NCBI GenBank assembly: GCA_050246815.1
Contig: JBFWVI010000011.1
Location: 1,782-65,297 of the forward strand
Direction of reading: 5' to 3'
From: Bdellovibrionales bacterium
GTDB taxonomy: Bacteria > Bdellovibrionota > Bdellovibrionia > Bdellovibrionales > UBA1609
DNA: 63,516 nucleotides
Below, one piece after another: positions 9,452-18,329 of this stretch. How positions within the stretch are numbered: the first letter of the stretch is position 1; each line of letters begins with the position of its first letter. Below the pieces are notes generated by a model. That model did not search any database. It was not told the origin of the DNA and saw nothing but the letters and a program-made list of their open reading frames with translations. The translations under genes were made by a program, and so were the position numbers.

Positions 9452-9931
9452 TTAAGCGCTTTTCTTAATAAACTTAAAATATTTTGCTTCAATCACGTCC
9501 ATTTCCATGGACTCACCCTTTTCGTCTTTCACTTCGTCTGGCGGATGCACGTCTCCATTTTTAAATTCGCTACCCGCTTTAAACAAAACCATTTTTTCGG
9601 TGCCGGCATTCTCGTTGAAATAAGGCACGTAAAAGCTTTCAACCGTACCGTTGTCTGGCAAAAACCCCGAAACCATGTTGATCTGGTCCACGATAATTTT
9701 CGGGCAATTGCGGTAAACCACTTTCGCACCCGTACTCGCCGTCTTCAACCACTTGATCCATTCACGAATGCCGCACGAGTTGATCGCCGAAACTTTGTCT
9801 AAGTCCAGAACGACTTCGCTGGCACCGTCAAAGGTGATATTGGTCAGGATCGCGTCTTCATCGATACTACCGGACAAAGACACCACCATTTTTGTGCCGT
9901 CCTTCTTTTTATCGACTTGAAATTGTCCCAT
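9452..9931 (-). CDS. STAS-like anti-anti-sigma factor
   Basis: LSGSIDED...LDLDKVSAINSCGIREW with a phospho-acceptor-like Ser. Confidence 0.75.
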   Translation of the reverse strand: MGQFQVDKKKDGTKMVVSLSGSIDEDAILTNITFDGASEVVLDLDKVSAINSCGIREWIKWLKTASTGAKVVYRNCPKIIVDQINMVSGFLPDNGTVESFYVPYFNENAGTEKMVLFKAGSEFKNGDVHPPDEVKDEKGESMEMDVIEAKYFKFIKKSA

Positions 9932-9940
9932 CTCTTCCTC

Positions 9941-10828
9941 CTAGTACTCAAAACAATGAAAATTTTTAGTTGCTTCACTTCGGCGGCGGCCACTCCACTT
10001 CCAATGGATGCAGGCCCCCACAACGGTGCTTTTACCGCGACTGACGCCGACGTACATGCTCGAGCTGATGTTAAACACCATATGCGAACCGATGCCTGCA
10101 CCACCACTACCCATCCGCATCGCGGCAGAAACCCCGCCCGTGCTGCAGTCATGAATACGTCGCAAAAATTGCTTTAGATTCAAAGAACCGTAAGGATCGC
10201 GGCAAACAATCGCCAACCTGTTTTGATCATAACCCATAAACAGCTCGGCGTGACGTCCATTTTTCATTTTCACCGTGTCATCGCTGCGGTCAATGCCAGG
10301 ATTAAAACCAGTCTTGGGATCGACGAACGGCGCGTTGAAAATCGCGTTGGTGAACATTTCATCAGCCACCAGCACGGCATCGGCGATCAAAGACTCGGAG
10401 CGGCCCTCATCCACAAGCTTTTGACGCAGCTCCCCCAGGGTTGCCGACTTGTCTGTTGCACTTGAGAACGAATGTGAAAGGGCGGTTAAGCGTTTTTCAC
10501 TCGCTGCCGACACATTTGTCGGCGACAAGATGGCCGCTAACGGGAACTGAAGAAATTGATCTGGGTTACGCACCATCAATGCGGAGGTGTTGAGTTCGCT
10601 TTCCAAAGAGCCCGCGTCAGTTTGGCAAACGTGACGAACATGATGAGTCAAACAGCGATCAAGGGTTTCCTCCTGAGTCTCACCGTAGGTGACTACCACC
10701 GCACTTTTTGGGTTTTCAAAATCCAATGCGGTTTTGCCATCCACCACAGTCACGGCCGAGATCAGATCCGAGCAGATTTGCGCCTGCAGATCCACCATTG
10801 ATGTTGAGTGTCTTGGGGCTGCGCTCAA
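9941..10828 (-). CDS. RsbW/SpoIIAB-like GHKL kinase / anti-sigma-type protein
   Basis: ADEMFTNAIFNA (N box), CRDPYG, GGAGIGSHMV (G box). Confidence 0.7.
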   Translation of the reverse strand: MSAAPRHSTSMVDLQAQICSDLISAVTVVDGKTALDFENPKSAVVVTYGETQEETLDRCLTHHVRHVCQTDAGSLESELNTSALMVRNPDQFLQFPLAAILSPTNVSAASEKRLTALSHSFSSATDKSATLGELRQKLVDEGRSESLIADAVLVADEMFTNAIFNAPFVDPKTGFNPGIDRSDDTVKMKNGRHAELFMGYDQNRLAIVCRDPYGSLNLKQFLRRIHDCSTGGVSAAMRMGSGGAGIGSHMVFNISSSMYVGVSRGKSTVVGACIHWKWSGRRRSEATKNFHCFEY

Positions 10829-12702
10829 GCGGCCTCCTTGTACTCAACCATAAAGAGCGTGATGTCGTCGAGCAGTTGGGCATCGCCACGAAATTGCGCG
10901 ATGTTGCGGCGGACAAAAGCCATCTTATCGCTCAACCCGTAAGAGGCACTATTGGCATCCAAAATCATTTTCAAGAAAGTACGTTCGCCCCATTTTTTCC
11001 CGGCGCTGTCTTGCAAATCCAAAACACCGTCGGTGTAAAACACGATGGCGTCGCCAGAATTCAATTGCACCTGAACTTCGTCATACTTGGAGCCAATTTT
11101 TTCACCCAAACGCAGTCCATTGACGTCCATCAGCGGCTCAAGATCGCGCTTGCTTAAGGCCCGGCCATCCGCTTTACGAATCAAGTACGGCGGATCGTGA
11201 CTGGCATTGGCATATGTCAGGATGCCACTAGTCGTGTCCACCATCGCCAAAAAGAATGTCATATTGATCTTGCCCTTCGAAGTCTCATGAATCGCACGAT
11301 TCATGATTTCGAGGCCGCGGCTTGGAGTCATATCGGGAATACCTTCAATAATCGCGGCGGCAGACCGAGCCGCGCTGGTGATCAAGGCGGCAGGCGCGCC
11401 GTGCCCGGTGGCATCGCCGATCCACAGGAAAATTTTGTCGCCGACTTTACTGTAGTTCCACCAATCCCCGCCGCACTCGCTGGCGGGCTCGAAGTGGCCA
11501 ACAATGTGCAATCGATCAAATTGCCCTTCGCTGGGTGGAAAAAGCGTTTCTTGCACAGTTCGAACCGTGGCCAATTCGTTTTCCATGCGCGCTTTTTCGG
11601 CGGTTTCCGACATCAGACGCGAGACCTCGGCAGCCATTACGTTAAAACCATCCGCCAAACCGCCGATTTCGTCTGTCGAGGTTGAGCGCACGCGAACGTC
11701 AAACTTTCCAGAAGCAATTTTACGGGTGGCTTCGTACAGTTCACGTAGCTTCGAAGTCAATTGCATCGACGCGAATGCGCTAACCAAAACTGTCAATAGT
11801 ACCAATGCGATGTAAATGAGCACGGATTTAAAGATCAGAACGTCAACGGCTTTCAAGGCTTCTTTGCGATCCACCACGGAGGCGACTTTTAAATCACCGA
11901 TACCCACAACGGCATACGACACTAAGGTTTTTTGGCCTCGACTGTTGGTCAAACCAAATGAGCTTTCGGGTAGTTGGCCCTTCATCACTGGCTCAAAAAA
12001 CTGCGCCAGATTTTCTCCGTCTAGCGGCGTGCCTTTGAGATTTTTGGGGCCTAGGGCGATTTGTCCGTTCTCATCCAGCAAAAGACTTCGGTAAATCTGA
12101 GCACGAGCGAAGGCACCCAGCAAAGTCTCGGCGCGGTAAAGACCGATGATCACCAAGTGCGATGGATCAGAAACTTTACCCAAACGTGAGGCAATCACCA
12201 AAGACGATTCGGTGTTTGGATCACTACTCACCACCAATCCCTTTTGCGCAGCTCTGGCACGATAGTCCTCGATACCCTTGATGTTGGCCAAAAATTTATT
12301 TTCGCTCGTACCCGGGCTGGTCAGCTCTGTCAGCTTGATGTAATTTCCGGCGGCATCCCCGCGAAAAATCAAAAGTGCCGCTTGACGCGAAAACTGCGCG
12401 AATAGCGCACGTCCTTGATCCGACATGGAACCTGTATTCGCGTCGTAAGCTTCGATGATGGGTTTCACAGAGCTTAGATACGATTCCACTTCGACACGAA
12501 TTTGCATCGCCAAGGATTTTGCCACAGCCACGCTGGAGTCATACACGTAGGCTTCTTTGTCTTTTTGGAATTCACGCATGGCAAAAGTAAAATACATCGC
12601 CAAGACCACCAGCGGAATGGAAGTCAGCAAGATCATCATCTTGGTTCGCAGCGACAAACGGACTCGCCTGACGTTGCCTTTTTTTGCCGGTTTTGGCTCC
12701 AT
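10825..12702 (-). CDS. Membrane SpoIIE/RsbU-type PP2C phosphatase (TM - periplasmic sensor - TM - HAMP - PP2C)
   Basis: HAMP (DEIGGLADGFNVM); GGDWW, IGDATGHG, YTDGV, DDIT. Confidence 0.92.
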   Translation of the reverse strand: MEPKPAKKGNVRRVRLSLRTKMMILLTSIPLVVLAMYFTFAMREFQKDKEAYVYDSSVAVAKSLAMQIRVEVESYLSSVKPIIEAYDANTGSMSDQGRALFAQFSRQAALLIFRGDAAGNYIKLTELTSPGTSENKFLANIKGIEDYRARAAQKGLVVSSDPNTESSLVIASRLGKVSDPSHLVIIGLYRAETLLGAFARAQIYRSLLLDENGQIALGPKNLKGTPLDGENLAQFFEPVMKGQLPESSFGLTNSRGQKTLVSYAVVGIGDLKVASVVDRKEALKAVDVLIFKSVLIYIALVLLTVLVSAFASMQLTSKLRELYEATRKIASGKFDVRVRSTSTDEIGGLADGFNVMAAEVSRLMSETAEKARMENELATVRTVQETLFPPSEGQFDRLHIVGHFEPASECGGDWWNYSKVGDKIFLWIGDATGHGAPAALITSAARSAAAIIEGIPDMTPSRGLEIMNRAIHETSKGKINMTFFLAMVDTTSGILTYANASHDPPYLIRKADGRALSKRDLEPLMDVNGLRLGEKIGSKYDEVQVQLNSGDAIVFYTDGVLDLQDSAGKKWGERTFLKMILDANSASYGLSDKMAFVRRNIAQFRGDAQLLDDITLFMVEYKEAA

Positions 12703-12712
12703 ATCAGCGAAT

Positions 12713-12739
12713 TTATCGGCGTTTCAGCCATTTGATTCA
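12713..12739 (-). promoter_or_regulatory. sigma28/FliA-type promoter for the signalling operon
   Basis: Minus strand TGAA-N15-GCCGATAA (consensus TAAA-N15-GCCGATAA). Confidence 0.65.
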
Positions 12740-12774
12740 CCTGGACCTTTTTTAAAACTAGACCTAGGCCACAT

Positions 12775-12801
12775 CAAACGAAAGCCTTGTGGGGTCGATA
12801 A
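12775..12801 (+). promoter_or_regulatory. sigma28/FliA-type promoter for the FecR-FN3 gene
   Basis: CAAA-N15-GTCGATAA, 16 bp before ATG 12818. Confidence 0.55.
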
Positions 12802-12817
12802 GCAATTAGGTCTATAT

Positions 12818-15800
12818 ATGTTTTGGTATCGCTTCAATCGGTTCGACCGAATCCTTATTTTGAGTTCGGCGATAGGATTAATTCTGTCGACCTTCTTCAT
12901 TTTTGAAGACCGCTGGATTTACAAGCTCTTAGCAAACGACGATCAAAAGCTCGAAAAAATCGGCTCAGTGAAAACCGCTGTTAATGACGTGCGACAAAGA
13001 CACGCCGACGCCTTCGCCTGGTTGCCGCTGGAAGCCGAAAACGAAGTGTATCAAGGTGACAGCATCTTCACTGGTAGTCGATCCGAGGCCTTGATTGTCA
13101 CAGACCGCGGCGAGCGGATCTCGATCTCTCCGAATTCGCTGGTTGTCATCAATGCCAAAACAGATTCGATTCGCTTGGACATCGACTACGGTTCGGTTTT
13201 AGGCGAAGTCGGCAAAGACAAAAAACTTTTGATCGCATCGGGCGGCGATGTCACCGAATTCAAGGGTGATGACGCAGTGGTGAAGGTTGACGTCAATCGC
13301 GATCAAAACTTGGTGGTGAACGTGATCGAGGGCCAAGTCGAAGTCACCTCAGATGAGGGCCGCCGCACCTTAGGGCCCAAAGAAAAGGCTGAGATCAGTG
13401 ACGCCGGCACCATTGTCGAACCCAGTGACATTCGCATCGAGTTGTTAACCCCCGTTCCAGAAAGAATCTTAAAACCTGACGAGTCGCGTGAGTTGATTCT
13501 AACTTGGCGGTCCAACTATCAATTCAATGAGTACACGATCGAAATTTCTCGCGATCCTGAATTCAGTAAATTAATTTTAAAAGACAAATCCACCCGTCCG
13601 CTTTATCGACCCCCGGTTCTGCCAACCAACGAACGTATTTTCTGGCGGGTGAGCGCCCACTTGAAACCAAATCAATCACCAGCCAAAAGTGCGGTCGCCG
13701 GCTTCACTCTGGCTGAAGACAAACCGCCGCTGGTCGTCTTCCCACGCGACAATATGCGTTTGGCTTTTGAAGAACAGCCGATTGATGACGGCCATCATCT
13801 TTTTATCAATATGCGCTGGCAGCCGCGTTCGGTTTCGAGCAAATGGGAAATTCATTTATCGGCATCCCCGGACTTCAGTCAAAACTTGAAAATTTTCGAA
13901 TCTAAAGATAATTTCGTCAATTTGGGTGGCTTGCCAGAAGGAAACTACTACACGCGCTTACGCGCCAAAGACTGGGCCGATGCCTCTTGGAGCGAAACGA
14001 TTTCATTCACAGTCTCTCGTAAATCGCCAGCCACCTTACGTCCGCCCCAAGTGCTGACCGCCGAAGAAGACTTTTTACTGACCACCAAATTTGAAGGCTA
14101 CACGGCGATCGAGTTAAGCGAAGCTCCACCCAACAAACTTGACGCCTACGTTGAAGCCATTCCAGAACTGGCATGGAATAACATCCCTGGAGCCGTAAGC
14201 TACGAAGTGGAAATCGCCCTGGACCGCGACTTCACCAAAATCGTGCAGCGCGCCGAGGCCGCGAATTCGCGCTATGGCTGGAGTGGAGTGCGTGTGGGTA
14301 GCTTCTATTGGCGTATACGTTCCATCAGCACGGGCAATCGCAAAGGCCCCTTTACCGAACCACAGCCCCTACGCATACGCTTGGCTCCGCCTAAAAGTTT
14401 GATCAACGAAAAAGTCGTCGAAGAAGTGGCCGTGCTGACCCAAATGGAATCCGCTCCGCCTCCCTTTTTACTAAGATGGTCTCCCACTCTTTTCACCGTC
14501 CGCTATGAAGTTGAGTTCGACAAAGATCCCAAGTTCAGCAAACCACTTAAAGTTATCACACCGTACCCATTCAAAAAAGTTCAAGCCCCAGTGGCCGGGC
14601 TTTATCACTGGCGCGTGCGCTCTTTGAACAGCGCCGGCAAGCCTTTAACGGACTGGAGTGAACCCAAACGCTACGATTATGCTCGCGTTTACTTAAGCCC
14701 CGAAACAACCAAAGAGCTCAAAGCCCTTTATCCCAATAACGAAACCATCATGTTGATCGGTAGAGGTGAAATTAAAATTCATTTCCGTTGGGTCACGCCC
14801 ATCAAAAATGGCCGCTATCGCTTTCAAATGAGCCACACCAAAGATTTTCAGAAAACTCGCTTGGATTTTGTTACCGACAAAGACTTCTTCTTATTCCGTG
14901 AAGCCCTGCCGGACGGATGGTTCTATTGGCGCCTGCGCGTGGAAACCGCGCAATTCACCTCGCCTTGGACAGCCCCCTACCAATTTCAAATTCAACACGA
15001 GTTTTCACCATTTAATTTTGAGCGTTCAGAGCAACGTCAAGAACAAGAAATTAAACAATTCGAAGAAAAGCGCGCCAAAGAAATGGCCGAATATCAACGC
15101 CAGAACAAAGCCAACGCGGCCGAATTGGCCCGGCTTGAGCTGGAAAGCTTACCTCAGCTTGAGACTCCAACTGACTTAACCACTTCTGAAAACTTTTTGC
15201 TTGAAGCCCGCCCCTTAAGTTCGAGCCAGCGCGAACTGGAACAGATACCCGATCGCGAGCAGTTCGCACTGCTCAAAGATCTGCCCGTTCTGGAATGGCA
15301 CGCCAGCACGAACGCCACGGAATATCGAATTGAAATTGCCGAAGATGCTCTTTTTAAAAAGATCGTGGAGTCCAACAAAGTCTCGCGTCCCAGCCACCGT
15401 TGGCTGACGGCACGTCCGGGACGTTTTTTTTGGCGCGTGCAGGCTTCGGCCCGCGGCCATCGCCCCAGCGCTTATAGCGAGCTTGCCCAATTTGAATTGG
15501 GCGTGCAACTGCCCAGCATCAGCACCCCCCATGCCGTCATGGCAAGCCTTGTGAACCAGAAAAAAGCCGTGCTGCTAAAGTGGGCTTCGGTACCATTCGC
15601 CCATTCTTACGAAGTGCATTGGAGTGAAACCCCAGACTTCACGCAAAAGATTTCTAATACAGTGACAGCGGCGCGTTTTTATCAAACCCTCCAGAAAGAT
15701 GGCCTCTACTTTTGGCGCTTCCGCTCGCTAAACGCACAAAAGCAGCCTTTGCACGATTTCACTGCTGCTCGACCCGTGAACGTTTCGCTCTCGGGACGCT

Positions 15801-16171
15801 TGCCTGCTTCCAAAACACCGATCTTGATCTTTCCGGCGAACGGTCAAGTTTTGCATGTACCGCCGAACGAAGTGCCGCGCATAGCGTTCAGCTGGCAATC
15901 GCCACCGATCAAAGGACAGTTTGTGGTCGAGCTGGCCAAAGATAAAGACTTCAATGAAATCGTTCAGCGCCTGTCCACCAAAAGCACAACTCTGCTGATG
16001 GATGCCCCACCCAGCGGTGGTGAGCTTTTTTGGCGAGTCGAAACAACCTCACGTGGCCGTATCACCTGGCGCAGCCCCGCAAGCCATATTAAGTTTGTCA
16101 ACATCGGGTCAAAACAGTCGGCCGCTCACCAAAAGATCCCGGCCAAAACCGCGCCACGACGGGCGAAGTAG
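12818..16171 (+). CDS. Membrane-anchored FecR-domain protein with about 8 FN3/Ig-like modules
   Basis: N-terminal TM; FecR-like (VYQGDSIFTGSRSEA, VNVIEGQVEV); repeated W..Y.(I/V)E...D..F....Y(F)WR(V/L) modules; likely start ATG 12818. Confidence 0.8.
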   Translation: MFWYRFNRFDRILILSSAIGLILSTFFIFEDRWIYKLLANDDQKLEKIGSVKTAVNDVRQRHADAFAWLPLEAENEVYQGDSIFTGSRSEALIVTDRGERISISPNSLVVINAKTDSIRLDIDYGSVLGEVGKDKKLLIASGGDVTEFKGDDAVVKVDVNRDQNLVVNVIEGQVEVTSDEGRRTLGPKEKAEISDAGTIVEPSDIRIELLTPVPERILKPDESRELILTWRSNYQFNEYTIEISRDPEFSKLILKDKSTRPLYRPPVLPTNERIFWRVSAHLKPNQSPAKSAVAGFTLAEDKPPLVVFPRDNMRLAFEEQPIDDGHHLFINMRWQPRSVSSKWEIHLSASPDFSQNLKIFESKDNFVNLGGLPEGNYYTRLRAKDWADASWSETISFTVSRKSPATLRPPQVLTAEEDFLLTTKFEGYTAIELSEAPPNKLDAYVEAIPELAWNNIPGAVSYEVEIALDRDFTKIVQRAEAANSRYGWSGVRVGSFYWRIRSISTGNRKGPFTEPQPLRIRLAPPKSLINEKVVEEVAVLTQMESAPPPFLLRWSPTLFTVRYEVEFDKDPKFSKPLKVITPYPFKKVQAPVAGLYHWRVRSLNSAGKPLTDWSEPKRYDYARVYLSPETTKELKALYPNNETIMLIGRGEIKIHFRWVTPIKNGRYRFQMSHTKDFQKTRLDFVTDKDFFLFREALPDGWFYWRLRVETAQFTSPWTAPYQFQIQHEFSPFNFERSEQRQEQEIKQFEEKRAKEMAEYQRQNKANAAELARLELESLPQLETPTDLTTSENFLLEARPLSSSQRELEQIPDREQFALLKDLPVLEWHASTNATEYRIEIAEDALFKKIVESNKVSRPSHRWLTARPGRFFWRVQASARGHRPSAYSELAQFELGVQLPSISTPHAVMASLVNQKKAVLLKWASVPFAHSYEVHWSETPDFTQKISNTVTAARFYQTLQKDGLYFWRFRSLNAQKQPLHDFTAARPVNVSLSGRLPASKTPILIFPANGQVLHVPPNEVPRIAFSWQSPPIKGQFVVELAKDKDFNEIVQRLSTKSTTLLMDAPPSGGELFWRVETTSRGRITWRSPASHIKFVNIGSKQSAAHQKIPAKTAPRRAK

Positions 16172-17218
16172 GCGGATTCTCTGGTCCAAATTTGAATGGC
16201 CCCACGCCGCGCCAACAGAAAGTCCTTGTCGCGCGCCAAACAGGTCCGGCGCTAAAAACTGGTACCATCGCTGTGCGCTTTTCCCATTCAGAAGTTGGCC
16301 AATCGTCACGGCTCCACCCTCCACAAAAAGAGAGTGAATTCCATTTTGATAGGCCCGCATTGTAAGCTCTTGCCAATCAAAGCCGCTGATTTTGTCATGC
16401 TTCACCTGCCAAATCTGTACGCCTGCGGGGGCGGTGGCATCCATTGCCGTCACCCAAATAATGTGATCGGGAGCATGGCATTGCATCAACTTGCTGCCCA
16501 TTAAGGCGGGCAGAGCTTTGGCTTGGGGATCCAGCACGAGTACTTTGTTCGTTTTGGCGGCGAACCTCGGGTGACGAATATTCAGGCTGGGATTGTCCGC
16601 TTGAAAGGTTCCTCGCCCAACGACCAACGCATCATAACAACCCCGCAGAAAATGCGCGTGCTCGCGTGCGGTCTCCCCGGTGATCCATTGGCTGTGCCCG
16701 TTTGCTTCAGCCATTTGGCCGTCCAAGGTGGTCGCAACTTTGATCGCAGTAAATGCGCGCCCCTGCTCTTGATTGAACAAAAAGACTTCCGCCAGATCTT
16801 CTAATTCGCCATACAGCTCAGGCAAAGTTTCAACTTTTTTACCTGCGGCTTTTAAAATTTCCAGACCTTTGCCCGCCACTTTGGGATTGGGGTCCATCAT
16901 GCCATACACAACTTTGTCGATTGGCAACCGCGCCAATCGTGGCGCACACGGTGGCGTGCGCCCTTGATGCGCACAAGGTTCTAATGTCACATACACTTGC
17001 GCGTCCTTCAGCAAGCCGGGGTCGCGAATTGCCTCTAGCGCCTGAACTTCGGCATGGTCTTGCCCCACACGTGCGTGATGCCCCACACTCAGCAGCTCGC
17101 CCTTGGCAGATAAGATCACACAGCCGACTAATGGGTTAGGGGCGACAAAACCCGCCCCTTTTTGCGCTTCTTGAATAGCCAAACGCATCGCCTGAACCGG
17201 CGAAAGAATTTCGCTCAC
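16109..17218 (-). CDS. ribD: Bifunctional riboflavin deaminase/reductase
   Basis: PNPLVGCV, HAEVQAL, TLEPCAHQGRTPPC, WITGETAR, VEGG; likely GTG start 17218. Confidence 0.95.
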   Translation of the reverse strand: MSEILSPVQAMRLAIQEAQKGAGFVAPNPLVGCVILSAKGELLSVGHHARVGQDHAEVQALEAIRDPGLLKDAQVYVTLEPCAHQGRTPPCAPRLARLPIDKVVYGMMDPNPKVAGKGLEILKAAGKKVETLPELYGELEDLAEVFLFNQEQGRAFTAIKVATTLDGQMAEANGHSQWITGETAREHAHFLRGCYDALVVGRGTFQADNPSLNIRHPRFAAKTNKVLVLDPQAKALPALMGSKLMQCHAPDHIIWVTAMDATAPAGVQIWQVKHDKISGFDWQELTMRAYQNGIHSLFVEGGAVTIGQLLNGKSAQRWYQFLAPDLFGARQGLSVGAAWGHSNLDQRIRLLRPSWRGFGRDLLVSGRLF

Positions 17219-17222
17219 GGCA

Positions 17223-18329
17223 TTAACCCCGCCACGAGCGCCAGTAATCCTTAAGCTCCGTGTGTTCGGCGGCGGGATCAACTTTGAGCGGCCATCTTGA
17301 ATCCACCATCACCGCATACTCACTGGTTTCTGTTTTGCTGCCGATCGACTTCATGGCCTTAGGATGAGGCCCATGGGGAAAACCCGCCGGATGCAAACTC
17401 ATCATGCCCGCATGCAGATTGTCGCGACTGAAAAAATCACCATCGTGATAAAAAAGCACTTCATCATAGTCGATATTCTGATGATAGAAGGGCACCTTCA
17501 ACGCGTCTGAGTCTTTTTCAAGTGGTCTTGGTAGAAATGTACACACCACAAATTCTTTGGCAACGAAGGTGGTGTGCGCACTGGGTGGCAAATGGGCGCG
17601 ATGGCTCATCAGGGGCATGATATGGTCGACATGCAGAGTGTAGGGATAAAGGTCGCCCTTCCACCCCTCCACATCACCGTACACACAAGACTCATAGCGA
17701 AACCGCGTGTTTTCATCGTCTCGTTTAATGAACACGTCCAACACCGGCCCCCAATGGTCCAACCGTTGCTTTTGCCGATCCAAATCTGGCTTGATCAAAG
17801 CCTCTTGATCGTAAAGCGCATGCCGACCAGTCAAACCGCGATCGGGCTCTTCGTAGTGACTAGATCGATTTTCCACCACAAAAAACACCGATTTTTCAGT
17901 GGCCGCGATGCTGTAGGTCAAACACTTCGGGATCACAATATATTGACCCTTGTTGTAGGCCAACAGACCATACTCGCTTAAAATCTCACCAGCACCTATA
18001 TGGCAAAACAACAACAGGTCTCCATCGGCATTGCGATGGGCTTTTAACTCTTTGGGCTTTTGCGCGGCCATGGTCAGCAAACTGATCGTCAAATGCGAAT
18101 TGTAAAGCAGTCGTAGCAGGCCCTCTTTGCCTTGCGCTTTCACCAAATCGAACATTTGTGGACGTAGTGGCCCCTCAATTTCAACCCAACCCGTGCTGGG
18201 TTTGCGTTTCAGCAGATGCGAAACAGGGCCAAAGAAACCCTTATGCCCCTGTTCTTCTTCGTAAAGGCCGTCGGGAATCCCTTTGTGCGCCTGCCGCGTG
18301 AAGGTTCCTTGGGCGTAATGGCTGCTCAC
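17223..18329 (-). CDS. hmgA: Homogentisate 1,2-dioxygenase (short type)
   Basis: RNADGDLLLF, HLPPSAHTTF, VPFYHQNIDYDEVLFYHDGDF, HPAGFPHGPHP. Confidence 0.92.
   Translation of the reverse strand: MSSHYAQGTFTRQAHKGIPDGLYEEEQGHKGFFGPVSHLLKRKPSTGWVEIEGPLRPQMFDLVKAQGKEGLLRLLYNSHLTISLLTMAAQKPKELKAHRNADGDLLLFCHIGAGEILSEYGLLAYNKGQYIVIPKCLTYSIAATEKSVFFVVENRSSHYEEPDRGLTGRHALYDQEALIKPDLDRQKQRLDHWGPVLDVFIKRDDENTRFRYESCVYGDVEGWKGDLYPYTLHVDHIMPLMSHRAHLPPSAHTTFVAKEFVVCTFLPRPLEKDSDALKVPFYHQNIDYDEVLFYHDGDFFSRDNLHAGMMSLHPAGFPHGPHPKAMKSIGSKTETSEYAVMVDSRWPLKVDPAAEHTELKDYWRSWRG

Noticed and set aside
12557..12817. N-terminal extension of the 1204-aa ORF overlapping the PP2C gene
   Set aside because: ATG 12818 directly precedes the TM segment and follows a promoter-like motif; the extension is a longest-ORF artefact
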